A stretch of DNA of 64,000 nt from Myxococcota bacterium (GTDB taxonomy: Bacteria > Myxococcota_A > Polyangia > Nannocystales > Nannocystaceae). The DNA lies in the NCBI GenBank assembly GCA_039194325.1, contig JBCCWC010000006.1, positions 1-64,000 of the forward strand, in the 5' to 3' direction. Both the position numbers and the translations under genes were made by a program. Under the pieces are notes generated by a model. That model saw only the letters and a program-made list of their open reading frames with translations, searched no databases and was not told the DNA's origin. Shown here piece after piece: positions 17,205 to 26,950 of the stretch (position 1 is the stretch's first letter; every line of letters begins with the position of its first letter).

Positions 17205-17882
17205 ATGTCCTTGCGTGCGCCTAGCCTAATCCTCGTCCTTGCCATGTCGTCCATGGGCTGCGACCTGCTGGAGCCCGATATGCCCGACGAGCCTCTGCCT
17301 GGGCCCCCCGAGGTCACCGGCTTCGAGGGCGTGCTCACCGGTACAGCCACCGTGGCCGAGGGTCTCGATCCCGCCCAGCTTCGGGTCGGACTCTTTCGTA
17401 CCCCTGGCGTTCATCTAGTCGAGCTCGACAACGGCGATCTCTCCAGCGCAGAGATCTCGCTCTCCATCAAGATGGAGGACGCCTCCGTCACCCGCGGCAC
17501 CTTCGCCAACGAAGCGCCCGGGCTGAGCCACTACCTGCTCGAACCAGAGCTCATCGCCACCGTCGATCCGGCTTCTGACGCATGGACCCTCGACCTCTAC
17601 GACACCGAGTGGGACAGCTACGTCGTGATCGCCTGGGTCGATGAAAACGGCGACGATCTGCTCACCTTCGCCCCCGACGGCCCGGGCTCCGAGCTCCACC
17701 GGGCGCCCACGCGACCCCGGCCCACCGTCGCCCCCGACTTCCGCCTGGTGCTCGAGGACATCTGGTGGCAGACCCCCACGTGGACCGGCGTCGCCGCCGG
17801 CCTCATCGGAGACGGCACGTTCCATGAGGAACGGGTCACCCAGGAGATCCACGACGGCTGGGAGGTCGAGATCTCCAACTGA
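17205..17882 (+). CDS. Hypothetical lipoprotein
   Basis: Signal ending AMSSMGC; typical high-GC codon usage. Confidence 0.7.
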   Translation: MSLRAPSLILVLAMSSMGCDLLEPDMPDEPLPGPPEVTGFEGVLTGTATVAEGLDPAQLRVGLFRTPGVHLVELDNGDLSSAEISLSIKMEDASVTRGTFANEAPGLSHYLLEPELIATVDPASDAWTLDLYDTEWDSYVVIAWVDENGDDLLTFAPDGPGSELHRAPTRPRPTVAPDFRLVLEDIWWQTPTWTGVAAGLIGDGTFHEERVTQEIHDGWEVEISN

Positions 17883-17888
17883 GCCCGA

Positions 17889-19436
17889 TCACCGAGCCCG
17901 CCTCCGACGACGGATTAGCCCGAGCCCCAGCAGCAGACCCGCGAGCGGACCGACCGGACGATCGTCGCTCCGACACCCGCAGCCGTTGCCTCCCCCGTCA
18001 TCGACCGCCGGACCACCGCCGGTCGAACCCTCGGCGCTGCCGCTCCCCGCCGAGATCGACGTGGTCATCGCCCCATCGGTCGGCAGACCGGTCGAGCCAC
18101 CCGCGTCGCCCGTCGAGTCTACCGCCCCCGTCGAGTCCACCCCGGCCGTAGCGTCGCCGGTAGTGTCGTCGCTGCGCTGGCACGCATCGCCCTGCCCGTC
18201 CTCGTCGGCGTCGGCCTGGTCGGGGTTGTCGACCTCGGGACAGTTGTCGACATCGCCGCAGATCGTGTCCCCATCGACGTCGTTGTCTGCGTCGTCAGGG
18301 CAGCCATCGCACACATCGCCGATCCCGTCCATGTCGGCATCCGCCTGGTCGGGGTTCGCGTCATCGACACAGTTGTCGTCGCGGTCGAGCACCGTGTCAC
18401 CATCGAGATCGATCGTCTCGAACACGCCGAACAACACGTCGACCCGGTTTTCTTGCAGCACAAACTCGGCCGCGCGCGTGTGGATCGCGACGGCGTCGGC
18501 GCCGAAGGGATCGATGAGCCCCGAGAAGAACGACCGAAAGGCCAGGGTCTGCATGTTGGGTAGCGTGTGCCCGCTGTCGAAGCGGAGCATGCAGCCCTGC
18601 ATGGGGTCTTCGGCGCTCACCAGCTCGGGGATCCCTCCGGCGTTGGGCGTGGCCGCCTCGTCACAAGCATACGAGAGCGTCTGGTTGCCGAGGAAATCCT
18701 GGGTGACATAGCTGGTCACCGGAGGCACTTGAACGTCGAGGGGATCGTTGGTGTCGTCGACGAGGCCAAAGAGGTTGATCTCGAGGCAGCTCCCGTTCGA
18801 GACCCCCCAGATCGACACGTCCTGGTAGATCGAGGTCATCGACAACGATGTGGCCGCTGCACACGAGCCGGTGACGAACGCGACCCGGAGTGTCTGGGCC
18901 TGCGCCGAGTCATACTGGAGGTTGGCGTTGGCCAGCTCGATCGAAAAGGAGATCTGGCCGTAGATCGAAAGCGCCTCGTAGTTCGACTCGAGGTTGATCT
19001 CGTGGTTGCCGAGGAAGTCGGGGTCGTTGACGTAGAAGATCGCCGGCAGATCGGGAAACACGTAGGCGGGCGGCACGGAGGCCCGATTGCCGAAGTACAC
19101 GTGGATCGTCTCCGAGGCGCCCATCGGCAGGTCGAGGTTGATCAGCACGTGCGCCTGGTCGCCGACCTGCGAGTGAACTAGCGAGGGCAGCTCGGTGCCC
19201 ATACTGTCGATCACCCGCACCTCGGCGATCGGATCCGTAATGCTGTCGGGCGGAAAGTCGAGGGTGAGATCGACATATTCCTGGCTACGATCGACCACCC
19301 CCGGCTCGATGATCGTGAAATCGGCCCGACTGACCCACTGAGGGTCCCACCAGCCCTCTGGCGTTGCTAGCGCGTGCTCGGGTAACGCGGCGAGCAACGA
19401 GCAAGACAGGCCGAGGACCACGAGAGCACGCGACAT
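17889..19436 (-). CDS. MYXO-CTERM surface protein with thrombospondin type 3 repeats
   Basis: Signal MSRALVVLG...ALA; DNCVDDANPDQADADMDGIGDVCD repeats; C-terminal GCGCRS...LLLGLGLIRRRRRAR. True start placed at 19436. Confidence 0.88.
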   Translation of the reverse strand: MSRALVVLGLSCSLLAALPEHALATPEGWWDPQWVSRADFTIIEPGVVDRSQEYVDLTLDFPPDSITDPIAEVRVIDSMGTELPSLVHSQVGDQAHVLINLDLPMGASETIHVYFGNRASVPPAYVFPDLPAIFYVNDPDFLGNHEINLESNYEALSIYGQISFSIELANANLQYDSAQAQTLRVAFVTGSCAAATSLSMTSIYQDVSIWGVSNGSCLEINLFGLVDDTNDPLDVQVPPVTSYVTQDFLGNQTLSYACDEAATPNAGGIPELVSAEDPMQGCMLRFDSGHTLPNMQTLAFRSFFSGLIDPFGADAVAIHTRAAEFVLQENRVDVLFGVFETIDLDGDTVLDRDDNCVDDANPDQADADMDGIGDVCDGCPDDADNDVDGDTICGDVDNCPEVDNPDQADADEDGQGDACQRSDDTTGDATAGVDSTGAVDSTGDAGGSTGLPTDGAMTTSISAGSGSAEGSTGGGPAVDDGGGNGCGCRSDDRPVGPLAGLLLGLGLIRRRRRAR

Positions 19437-19490
19437 CGCCGACAACCTAGCATCACCCTGGACCAGGAGCGGGATGGTATCGTCACCGCC

Positions 19491-21008
19491 ATGGGGCTCG
19501 CCGCCGCAGCCACCCGTGTGCTCGCGCTGACCCTCATCACCGGATGTGGCCGCTCGGGCCTGTACTTCCCGCCCCCCGAGCTGCGCAGTTGCGTCGAGGA
19601 TCCCTCGTCGTCGCTGGGCTGCTCGTTCCTCGTGGGCCCCGGCTTGCACGTGGTCGACTCGGTCTTCGAGACCGCGGGCATGGATCCGTCCGAGCGCGAG
19701 CCCGACGGCGTGTTCGTGGTCAATCCCGACCGGGACCAGATCGTCACGATCCAGGCGTTCGAGATCCCGGCAGGCGACACCGAGGCACGACCGCTCGGTG
19801 ACCCGCTCGCGCTGCCACCGGGCGAATCGGGGCTGGTGCAGCTGCCGCTGAACGCGGATCGAAGCACCACCGAGCGGCGAGCCGGTGGCCTGGTCCACCT
19901 GCACGCCGATGCCCCCTTCGCCGCCTCGGTGCACGGCCCCTATCGGCCGTTCCTCGGCAACGACAGCAGCTTGCTCCTGCCCGACGCCAAGCTCGGACGA
20001 CGCTACGTGGTCGCGGCCTATCCGCCTCACTTCCTGCACTTCCAGGGCGCCGGCGAGCCCTCGTTCTTCGAGGTCATCGCCCTCGAAGACGCCACCCGCG
20101 TTCGTTGGCGTCCTCGGCTGACTCGCACCGTGGCTGCCACCGACCAGATCCCCGCCGTCGACGCCGGCCAGTGGTCGCCGCAGATCATCCTCGACCGGCA
20201 CGAGACCCTGCTGGTCACCGCCTCGGCGCTCGTCGGCAGCGAGCACGAGCAACGCGACATCTCCGGCACGCTCATCGAGTCTTCGTCGCCCGTCCGGGTG
20301 ACCGGCGGCAGCCGTTGCTCGGCGGTCCCCATCACCTTCGAGCCCCTCGGCGGCTGCGACCCGCTCTATGAGCAGCTCGTCCCGGTGGAGGCCTGGGGCC
20401 GTACCTACGTGATCGCCCACCCGCCGCTGCGCACCGACGAAGATCACCACGTGCGGATCTACGCGGGCGCCAGCAACATCACGCTAAAGACCGAGCCTCC
20501 CGTGCTGCCGACCGAGCCCTACGTGCTGGCCGAGGAGGGCGCATTCATCGATGTGGTGGTCGACCACGGAACGAGCTTCGTGCTGACGGCTGATGGGCCC
20601 GTGATGCCCGTGGGCTACCTGCAGACGCGAAACCCCGACCTGCAGATCGGCGATCCGGCCATGTACCAGTTCGTCTCTGCCGAGCAGTACCTCGACCGCT
20701 ACGTTATTGCCACGGGCACCCAGTGGGAGGCTTACCTCGTGCAAGTGGTGCGACGCCGGGGCACCACCGAGATCGAGCTCGACGGCGGGGAGGTGCTCGA
20801 CGGCTGGGAGCCGATCGGCGCGTGGGAGGTCGCGTCGGTGTCGATCTCCGAGGGAGCCCACACGCTGCGCAGCGACGAGCCCTTCGGCGTGATCCAGTTC
20901 GGCTGGAACAACAGCCGACACGACGCGTGCATCCCCTTCGCCGTCCGAGGCTCCTGCCAGACCTCGTACGCTCACCCCGGGGGGATGGGCACGACCCTGC
21001 TGCAATAA
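19491..21008 (+). CDS. IgGFc-binding-domain lipoprotein
   Basis: LITGC lipobox; NDSSLLLP, DISGTLIESSSPV, CDPLYEQLVPVEAWG, GDPAM, SYAHPGG. Confidence 0.85.
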   Translation: MGLAAAATRVLALTLITGCGRSGLYFPPPELRSCVEDPSSSLGCSFLVGPGLHVVDSVFETAGMDPSEREPDGVFVVNPDRDQIVTIQAFEIPAGDTEARPLGDPLALPPGESGLVQLPLNADRSTTERRAGGLVHLHADAPFAASVHGPYRPFLGNDSSLLLPDAKLGRRYVVAAYPPHFLHFQGAGEPSFFEVIALEDATRVRWRPRLTRTVAATDQIPAVDAGQWSPQIILDRHETLLVTASALVGSEHEQRDISGTLIESSSPVRVTGGSRCSAVPITFEPLGGCDPLYEQLVPVEAWGRTYVIAHPPLRTDEDHHVRIYAGASNITLKTEPPVLPTEPYVLAEEGAFIDVVVDHGTSFVLTADGPVMPVGYLQTRNPDLQIGDPAMYQFVSAEQYLDRYVIATGTQWEAYLVQVVRRRGTTEIELDGGEVLDGWEPIGAWEVASVSISEGAHTLRSDEPFGVIQFGWNNSRHDACIPFAVRGSCQTSYAHPGGMGTTLLQ

Positions 21009-21144
21009 GTACGCGATCGAGGTATTCCATTATCCGACATCAGACCAGCGTGCATTTTGCCTAGACCCTATGGAGTGACCGGCCCCAGCCCCGAGTGCCG
21101 TGGGAATCGACGACCACCGCTCGGGGTCGCGATGGCATCCGCAC

Positions 21145-21954
21145 ATGGGTGACGTACCCTCCCCCTCAGCGATGCTCACCCCTCGCTCCGCCGCGCCGTC
21201 GGGTGCTGCGCCGCCTTCGGACGACCACGAGACCTTCACCTGGACGAGCGCCGCTCCACTGGGCCAGGCCTCACAGGTGGAGCACGACGTCGACCGCCTG
21301 GCGCGGGCCGCCGCCCAGGCCTGCCGAGAGCTGTTCCCCCGCCGAGCGGGCTACCGCGTGCACGAAGACCGGCTGTGCGGCGTGATCCGCGGGCGTCGCT
21401 ATCGGATCTCTCGCCACGGGTTCGTGGGGCAAGTGACCGTGCAGATGTTCGCCACTGGCGGGGCGTACCGCCGGGACACTGCCCACCCCCTGCAACTGCG
21501 GGTCGTGGGCCGCTCGCGCCGGCTGCCCCCCACCCCACGCCCCGACTTCCCCAAAGAGGCACTGACCTTTGGCTCCATGATCCTCGCCATCGCCTCGATG
21601 CTCGTGATGATCGGAGGCCACGGATGGTGGGCGGTCGTCCGCCATCCCAGCTGGTCGCGGTTGATCGACGGGCTGGGCCTGCTCGCCACCGCCGCGCTCG
21701 TGGTGATCGCCGGCACAGTGGCCGTGGTCATGATCCGCGAAGGCGCCGCGCTGCCGTGGCCGACCCTGCGAGCGCTGCTGCGCTGGCCCACCGACCACGC
21801 CGCCGACCAACGCCGATGGCTGGCTCTCCGCGAGCGCATCATCGATGCCGAGGCCGGCTCGGGGTGCGCGACGGCTGTCGCGCCCGGCCCACGAAGCACA
21901 TGTGTCTCATTGGGACACATGACTCACCCCAAGACGAAATCCACGACCGAGTGA
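21145..21954 (+). CDS. Hypothetical membrane protein (two TM segments)
   Basis: Hydrophobic stretches MILAIASMLVMIG and LGLLATAALVVIAGTVAVVMI. Start uncertain. Confidence 0.55.
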   Translation: MGDVPSPSAMLTPRSAAPSGAAPPSDDHETFTWTSAAPLGQASQVEHDVDRLARAAAQACRELFPRRAGYRVHEDRLCGVIRGRRYRISRHGFVGQVTVQMFATGGAYRRDTAHPLQLRVVGRSRRLPPTPRPDFPKEALTFGSMILAIASMLVMIGGHGWWAVVRHPSWSRLIDGLGLLATAALVVIAGTVAVVMIREGAALPWPTLRALLRWPTDHAADQRRWLALRERIIDAEAGSGCATAVAPGPRSTCVSLGHMTHPKTKSTTE

Positions 21955-22099
21955 CCGAACCGGGCGGCCGGCATGGCCGGTTGGAGTCGATGGGCCGCGA
22001 GTCATGGTTCAATTTCGCGTGCGGCCTCGTCCCTCGTATGCCATCTTTGATGAAGCTCCCAAGGTGTGGTGGGGAGCCGAAAGTGCAGGTCTTTTAGGG

Positions 22100-23155
22100 A
22101 TGGTGCCTACGCTGAAGCTAGGTCGGCTCGCGGTGAATTATGACGAATGGGTCAGCCCGTTTGCCGACCATACCCGGGCGCGGATCGACGAATTCGCCAC
22201 TCGGTACCGTCTTTACTCGTCTCTGGGCCTGCCCCAAGGACCGATGCTTCGTGCCCATTGCTCGGTCAACGACTACATGTTCCCGCGGGCCGAACCCGAT
22301 CGCCTCTACGCGACCGGGCTGATGATGGTCTACTTCTTCGTCTTCGATCACATCTACGACACCGATACTTCGCCATCCTCGTGGCTCTTGCGGGTCCGAC
22401 AGCGGCTCGCCCGAAACGTCGCCCGCACGATCGAGGGCTCGGCGCCCGGCTCGGTGCTCGGCTCGGCGCCCGGTCCGGCGCCCGGTCCGGCGCCCGATCC
22501 CGATCACTTCGAGCTCGCCATCGCCGACATCATGGCGATGTTCCAGTCCGAAGATGAAGCCTGGCTCGCCGGGTTCTCGGCCCGGCTGCTGCGCTACATC
22601 GACGCCACCTTGCTCGGCAAGGACACCGCCCAAAAGCGTCCCCAGACCTCGATCGAGGAGTACCTGGAGATCCGCCAGCACGACTCGGGCGGCCTGTGGT
22701 CCGCCTACCTCATCGAGTATGCCCACCGCCAGTACCTTACCCCCGAGCAGCGCGCCGATCCCCGGGTGGTGCGCGCCAGCCAGCTGTGCATGTGGGTGTG
22801 CAGCCTGATCAACGACCTGTTCTCCTACGCCAAGGAAAAAGCCACCGAAGACGCCCCGTTCAATGCGATCTACTTCGCCATGAGCGTCCGAGGTCTCGGC
22901 GAGCTCGACGCCGCCCACTTCATCTGCGAACAAGCCAACCGATACCTCGCGCAGTTCGAGGCGCTCGTCGCGTCGCCCGTGTTCTGTCAGAGCGAGGCCA
23001 TCGTCTCCTACACCCAGGGACTGCGCGAGTTCGTCTCGGGCGTCTGGTACTGGCACCAAAAGAGCGGGCTTTATACCCACCCGCAATCGCTGTTCGCCGA
23101 GCTGCGCGGGCGGGCGATCTCCGAGCCCGAACGGCGGCAGGCCAGCGGGGCCTAG
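22100..23155 (+). CDS. Class I terpene synthase/cyclase family protein
   Basis: FFVFDHIYD (aspartate-rich variant), EYLEIRQHDSG, NDLFSYAKE (NSE motif), WHQKSGLY (WxxxxxRY variant). Confidence 0.88.
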   Translation: MVPTLKLGRLAVNYDEWVSPFADHTRARIDEFATRYRLYSSLGLPQGPMLRAHCSVNDYMFPRAEPDRLYATGLMMVYFFVFDHIYDTDTSPSSWLLRVRQRLARNVARTIEGSAPGSVLGSAPGPAPGPAPDPDHFELAIADIMAMFQSEDEAWLAGFSARLLRYIDATLLGKDTAQKRPQTSIEEYLEIRQHDSGGLWSAYLIEYAHRQYLTPEQRADPRVVRASQLCMWVCSLINDLFSYAKEKATEDAPFNAIYFAMSVRGLGELDAAHFICEQANRYLAQFEALVASPVFCQSEAIVSYTQGLREFVSGVWYWHQKSGLYTHPQSLFAELRGRAISEPERRQASGA

Positions 23156-23260
23156 CCGCCGCTGCACTCGACGGATCGCGCATGCGCGGCGGGGGCTGGA
23201 GCCAGCGGGTCGAGTCGGCCTGACCGCCCTCGTACCGACGTCGTACGCTATGATCGCGGC

Positions 23261-23614
23261 ATGGCGCCGTACTTCAGCCCTCCGCCCGACGTGGTGATCG
23301 GCCGGCTCGCCGAGCCCCGCATCGAGGCGGAGCTGCCCCTATCGATGGGCGGCCCGGCGGGCCCCACCGCCCAGATCGGCGTGCTCGATGGGCAGTGGTG
23401 CCTGTATCACCTGCGGTGCGACGACGCGGCCTTCATGGCCTTCGCCGACGAGCAGCAGCGGACCGGGCAGCCGCTATTCCCCGAGCACCGGATGCGCTTC
23501 CTGGTCCCCGGCGAGGTCCTGGTGCGGGCGGACGATCGCAAGAGTCTGATGGCGGCGCTGGCCGGCGTCGAGGCCACGTTCGACGCCAACTACCGGCTTC
23601 AGCTCAAGCGCTAG
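23261..23614 (+). CDS. Hypothetical protein
   Basis: Clean ORF with host-like codon usage between convergent neighbours. Confidence 0.6.
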   Translation: MAPYFSPPPDVVIGRLAEPRIEAELPLSMGGPAGPTAQIGVLDGQWCLYHLRCDDAAFMAFADEQQRTGQPLFPEHRMRFLVPGEVLVRADDRKSLMAALAGVEATFDANYRLQLKR

Positions 23615-23708
23615 TTGGGCGGCCACGGCATGCCGTCCCGGCTGTTCCGACGCGGCTAGCCGCACCGCCGCGGCGGACGAGCGCCCCGGCCTCGAGGCGG
23701 GCAATGCG

Positions 23709-24605
23709 TCACGAACCGGTACGAGCATACTCGCTCGGCACGTGCTCGACCGGCGACACTCCATAGTACCTCTTGTACTCGCGGCTGAACTGCGACGCGC
23801 TATTGTACCCAACCGCGAACGCTGCCTCTCTCACCGTCTGATGCCCACTGCCGATCAAGGACTGGGCTTTGCTGAGGCGGATGCTCTTGATGTACTTCAG
23901 CGGGGAGTGCGAGGTCGTCTTCTTGAAGTGGGCGTGGAACGACGACACGCTCATACCCGCCTGCTTGGCGAGCATGTCGACGCTCAGCTCCTCGGCATAG
24001 GACCGCTGGATGGTCTTCAGGGCCCTGAGAATGGCCGCGGTGTTCCGGTTGGACGCCAGAGACACGAGCGAGCGTGCGAGTCCGTTCTGGAGCACGCGGT
24101 AGGTGAGCTCCCGAATGGTCCCCTCACCGAGAACCGATGCGTCCATCGGGTTGTGCAGCAGATCGATCAGGCGCCCAAGCGCATCTCGGATCTGCTCCGT
24201 CATCGGGACGATGTCCATCAGATGCGGCGGTGCCGGGCCGGTGTCGGCAGGATCGGCAATGCGTGTCGCCATCGAGAGCAGGTCCTCGGTGTTGATCTCG
24301 AGCATGACCGAGATCAACGGTGCCTGTGGTGAAGCGATCGCCATGCACTCGATGGGTGTCCCCGCAGCGACGCAGAGCACCGACTCTTGATTGAACCGGA
24401 TCTCACGATCACGCCGGTAGAGGATCTTCTCGCCCCGAAGCAAGGCCACGATCCACGAGTCGTACATGATCGGCTGACGGTCCATCGGCGCAGACGCCGT
24501 GTGAAGGTGAACACGCGGCAGGCACGTGGTGTTGAGCCCCTCGGACATCGCGAGCTCGCCCGCCCGCCGCGCCAACCACTCGAGGTCTTCCATCCGGCTG
24601 CTCAT
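23709..24605 (-). CDS. AraC family regulator (YqhC-like N-terminal domain)
   Basis: LGRLIDLL...RELTYRVL; LAKQAGMSVSSFHAHFK; VGYNSASQFSREYKRYYG. Confidence 0.92.
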   Translation of the reverse strand: MSSRMEDLEWLARRAGELAMSEGLNTTCLPRVHLHTASAPMDRQPIMYDSWIVALLRGEKILYRRDREIRFNQESVLCVAAGTPIECMAIASPQAPLISVMLEINTEDLLSMATRIADPADTGPAPPHLMDIVPMTEQIRDALGRLIDLLHNPMDASVLGEGTIRELTYRVLQNGLARSLVSLASNRNTAAILRALKTIQRSYAEELSVDMLAKQAGMSVSSFHAHFKKTTSHSPLKYIKSIRLSKAQSLIGSGHQTVREAAFAVGYNSASQFSREYKRYYGVSPVEHVPSEYARTGS

Positions 24606-24682
24606 CGACGCTCCGTATCTTACGCTCTGCTGAAACAGGCAACAACCCGGGCGTCCTGCCTCTGATTTCTACCTCTTGTTGT

Positions 24683-24715
24683 AGGATCAGGCAACAGACT
24701 CAGAGGAACAGGTAT
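24683..24715 (+). promoter_or_regulatory. Possible AraC binding direct repeat
   Basis: AGGATCAGGCAA (24683) and AGGAACAGGTAT (24704), a 21-bp period upstream of the divergent operon. Confidence 0.5.
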
Positions 24716-24799
24716 CGGCAAAGAGCTCGCTCGACCCTATCGTTGTGCACGTCATGCGAGACACGACAGCGACCCATGTCGAGACGGAGGACGGTAGCG

Positions 24800-25105
24800 A
24801 TGGCCAATGACCTGTATGTGATCGCTCGGCTGCGAGCGTTCGAGAACCGCACGGATGACGCGGCCAAGATCCTGGGTCGTCTCGCGGAGGCGACACGCAA
24901 GGAGCCCGGATGCGTGCAGTACCGCATCTTGCGCAACCAGGAACGCCCCGCCCACTTCACGTCCTTCGAGCACTGGCGCTCTGCGGACGCAGAGGCCGCG
25001 CACTGGAAGACAGAACACCTCGCGCAGGCGTTCGCCGAGCTCGAGGGCATCCTCGACGGCGAGGCCGCCGTCCACAAGTACACGAGCATCGAGAATGGAG
25101 GCTGA
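24800..25105 (+). CDS. Putative quinol monooxygenase (ABM domain)
   Basis: TRKEPGCVQY...FEHWRSADAEAAHWKTEH; GGAGG RBS. Confidence 0.88.
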   Translation: MANDLYVIARLRAFENRTDDAAKILGRLAEATRKEPGCVQYRILRNQERPAHFTSFEHWRSADAEAAHWKTEHLAQAFAELEGILDGEAAVHKYTSIENGG

Positions 25106-25108
25106 ACG

Positions 25109-25900
25109 ATGGCAAAGAAGGTTCTGATTACGGGTGCCGGCACCGGGCTTGGCCTGGGAACGGCGATCGGACTGGCCAAGAACGGTCATGAGGTCATTGC
25201 CGCCGTGCATATTTGGCCGCAGGCGACTTCGGTCCACGAGGCAGCCGCGAAGGCGGGCGTGGAGCTCGACGTCATCAAGCTGGATGTCACCGATCCCGCA
25301 GACCGCGAGTACGCCCTGAAGTACGACATCGACATCCTCGTGAACAATGCGGGTACCGGTGCGACGGGCCCCGTGGCCGAGATCCCGGTCCGATACATGC
25401 GCGAGGTCATGGAGACCAACGTCTGGGGGCCCCTCGAGCTGACGCAGCAATTCGCCGCCCGGTTTGCCAGGCGCGGGAGCGGCAAGATCGTCTTCGTGTC
25501 GTCGGTGGCCGGCCTCGCCACGCTGCCATTCCTCGCTCCGTACAACGCCTCGAAGTTCGCGCTCGAGGCCGTGGCGCAGTGCATGCAGCACGAGCTCGAG
25601 GGCTACGGCGTGCGGGTGTGCACGATCAACCCCGGCCCGTACCGGACGGGCTTCAACGACCGCCTCTACGACCAGGTCGACCAGTGGTACGACCCACAGA
25701 AGCACTTTACCAAGGAAGCGCCGATCCGAGACCAGCAGGCGTGGCTGGCCAACAACCAGATCCACCCGCAGGAGATGATCGACGCGATGGTCGAGGTGAT
25801 CCCCTCGGACGAAGAGCACGTGTTCCGGACCATGGTCCCCAAGAACTTCGTCGGGTTCTGCGAGGAGTACCAGGCCCGCATGTGGACGACCAAGGTCTGA
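25109..25900 (+). CDS. Short-chain dehydrogenase/reductase
   Basis: TGAGTGLG, NNAG, YNASK. Confidence 0.92.
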   Translation: MAKKVLITGAGTGLGLGTAIGLAKNGHEVIAAVHIWPQATSVHEAAAKAGVELDVIKLDVTDPADREYALKYDIDILVNNAGTGATGPVAEIPVRYMREVMETNVWGPLELTQQFAARFARRGSGKIVFVSSVAGLATLPFLAPYNASKFALEAVAQCMQHELEGYGVRVCTINPGPYRTGFNDRLYDQVDQWYDPQKHFTKEAPIRDQQAWLANNQIHPQEMIDAMVEVIPSDEEHVFRTMVPKNFVGFCEEYQARMWTTKV

Positions 25901-26004
25901 CGCCCTCGCGCCCGCACCGCTCAATCGACGATCTGTCGCGCCCGCGGCTCGCAGATCGTCGCTCGCGTACTCCCACGTGCCGCCCGCCAGCGCCAGCGCT
26001 AGAG

Positions 26005-26844
26005 CTAAAAGTAGAAGGTCAGCCCCATCTGGCCGCCCGCGTCGAGCTGCGTGGCCGCCTCGATCTGCAAGAGCCCGCTGAAGACCCCGATCCCCAGCAG
26101 CGCGGTGCCCTGCATACTCAGGCTCACCCGATGCCCCACAAAGTACTCGATCCCGAGCACGGGACCGAGGGCAATACCCACCATCCAATTGGCCCGACCG
26201 TTCGGCTCGGAGTAGTGCAATCGAAAGCGACCCCCCGCGTAGGGGGCGATCCGTCGCCACACCCGAAAGTAGCGCTGCACCCCCACGCTCGCGGCCAAGC
26301 CCACGTCGTTTTGTGACTCCCCCTCGTCGGGGCTGTGGTTGAACACGCCCGCGCCGACCGAAAAAGGAACCATCCAGTTGTTGCCGAACACCCGGCGAAA
26401 ACCGATCTCGGTGAAGGTCAGCCGATTGACCCCAAAATCGCGCACGCCGGCCACGCTCATGGGCGCCAACCCGCCAAAAGTGAACTGCATACCCCACTGA
26501 CCAGGCTCGAAGCGCTCCACTGGATCGTTCTGGTCGGCCGCGTCGCGGGCCGCACGCTCGGAGGACCGCGGGGCCACTTCGTCGTCGGTGGCCGAAACGA
26601 CCGGGGCCCCGGGGGTCGACGCGTAGGATGAGGGCTCGGCTGGCACGGGCTCGGCTGGCACGGGCTCGGCTGGCACGGGCTCGGCTGGCGCTGCCTCGGC
26701 TGGCACGGGCTCGGCTGGCGCTGCCTCCGAGGCGGATCCGGTCGCCTCGGTCGAACTCGCCCCATCCCTATCCGGGGGAAGCGCGGGCGGACCGACCAAG
26801 GCCAGGGAAACGAGCGCAGCAGAGCAAGGCGTCAATCCAGCCAT
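26005..26844 (-). CDS. Outer-membrane beta-barrel protein with Pro-Ala-Glu repeat linker
   Basis: Alternating beta-strand pattern, C-terminal GLTFYF; PAEPV/PAEAA repeats from 15-bp tandem units at about 26630-26730. Confidence 0.75.
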   Translation of the reverse strand: MAGLTPCSAALVSLALVGPPALPPDRDGASSTEATGSASEAAPAEPVPAEAAPAEPVPAEPVPAEPVPAEPSSYASTPGAPVVSATDDEVAPRSSERAARDAADQNDPVERFEPGQWGMQFTFGGLAPMSVAGVRDFGVNRLTFTEIGFRRVFGNNWMVPFSVGAGVFNHSPDEGESQNDVGLAASVGVQRYFRVWRRIAPYAGGRFRLHYSEPNGRANWMVGIALGPVLGIEYFVGHRVSLSMQGTALLGIGVFSGLLQIEAATQLDAGGQMGLTFYF

Positions 26845-26950
26845 GCCCGCAACGGTACGTGGGGCCCCGCCACTGCCAAAGAAAGCGGCGAAGCTCGATG
26901 GCTGCCGATGATTTCTCCGCGACCGACCGGCCTGGTACGCTGACACGGCG

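Noticed and set aside
19437..20450. N-terminal extension of the 853-aa minus ORF
   Set aside because: Shadow of the IgGFc-binding gene; the signal peptide begins at 19436.
22100..25900. Terpene biosynthetic cluster including the ABM and SDR genes
   Set aside because: The AraC-ABM-SDR set is a self-contained divergent unit with no evidence linking it to the synthase.
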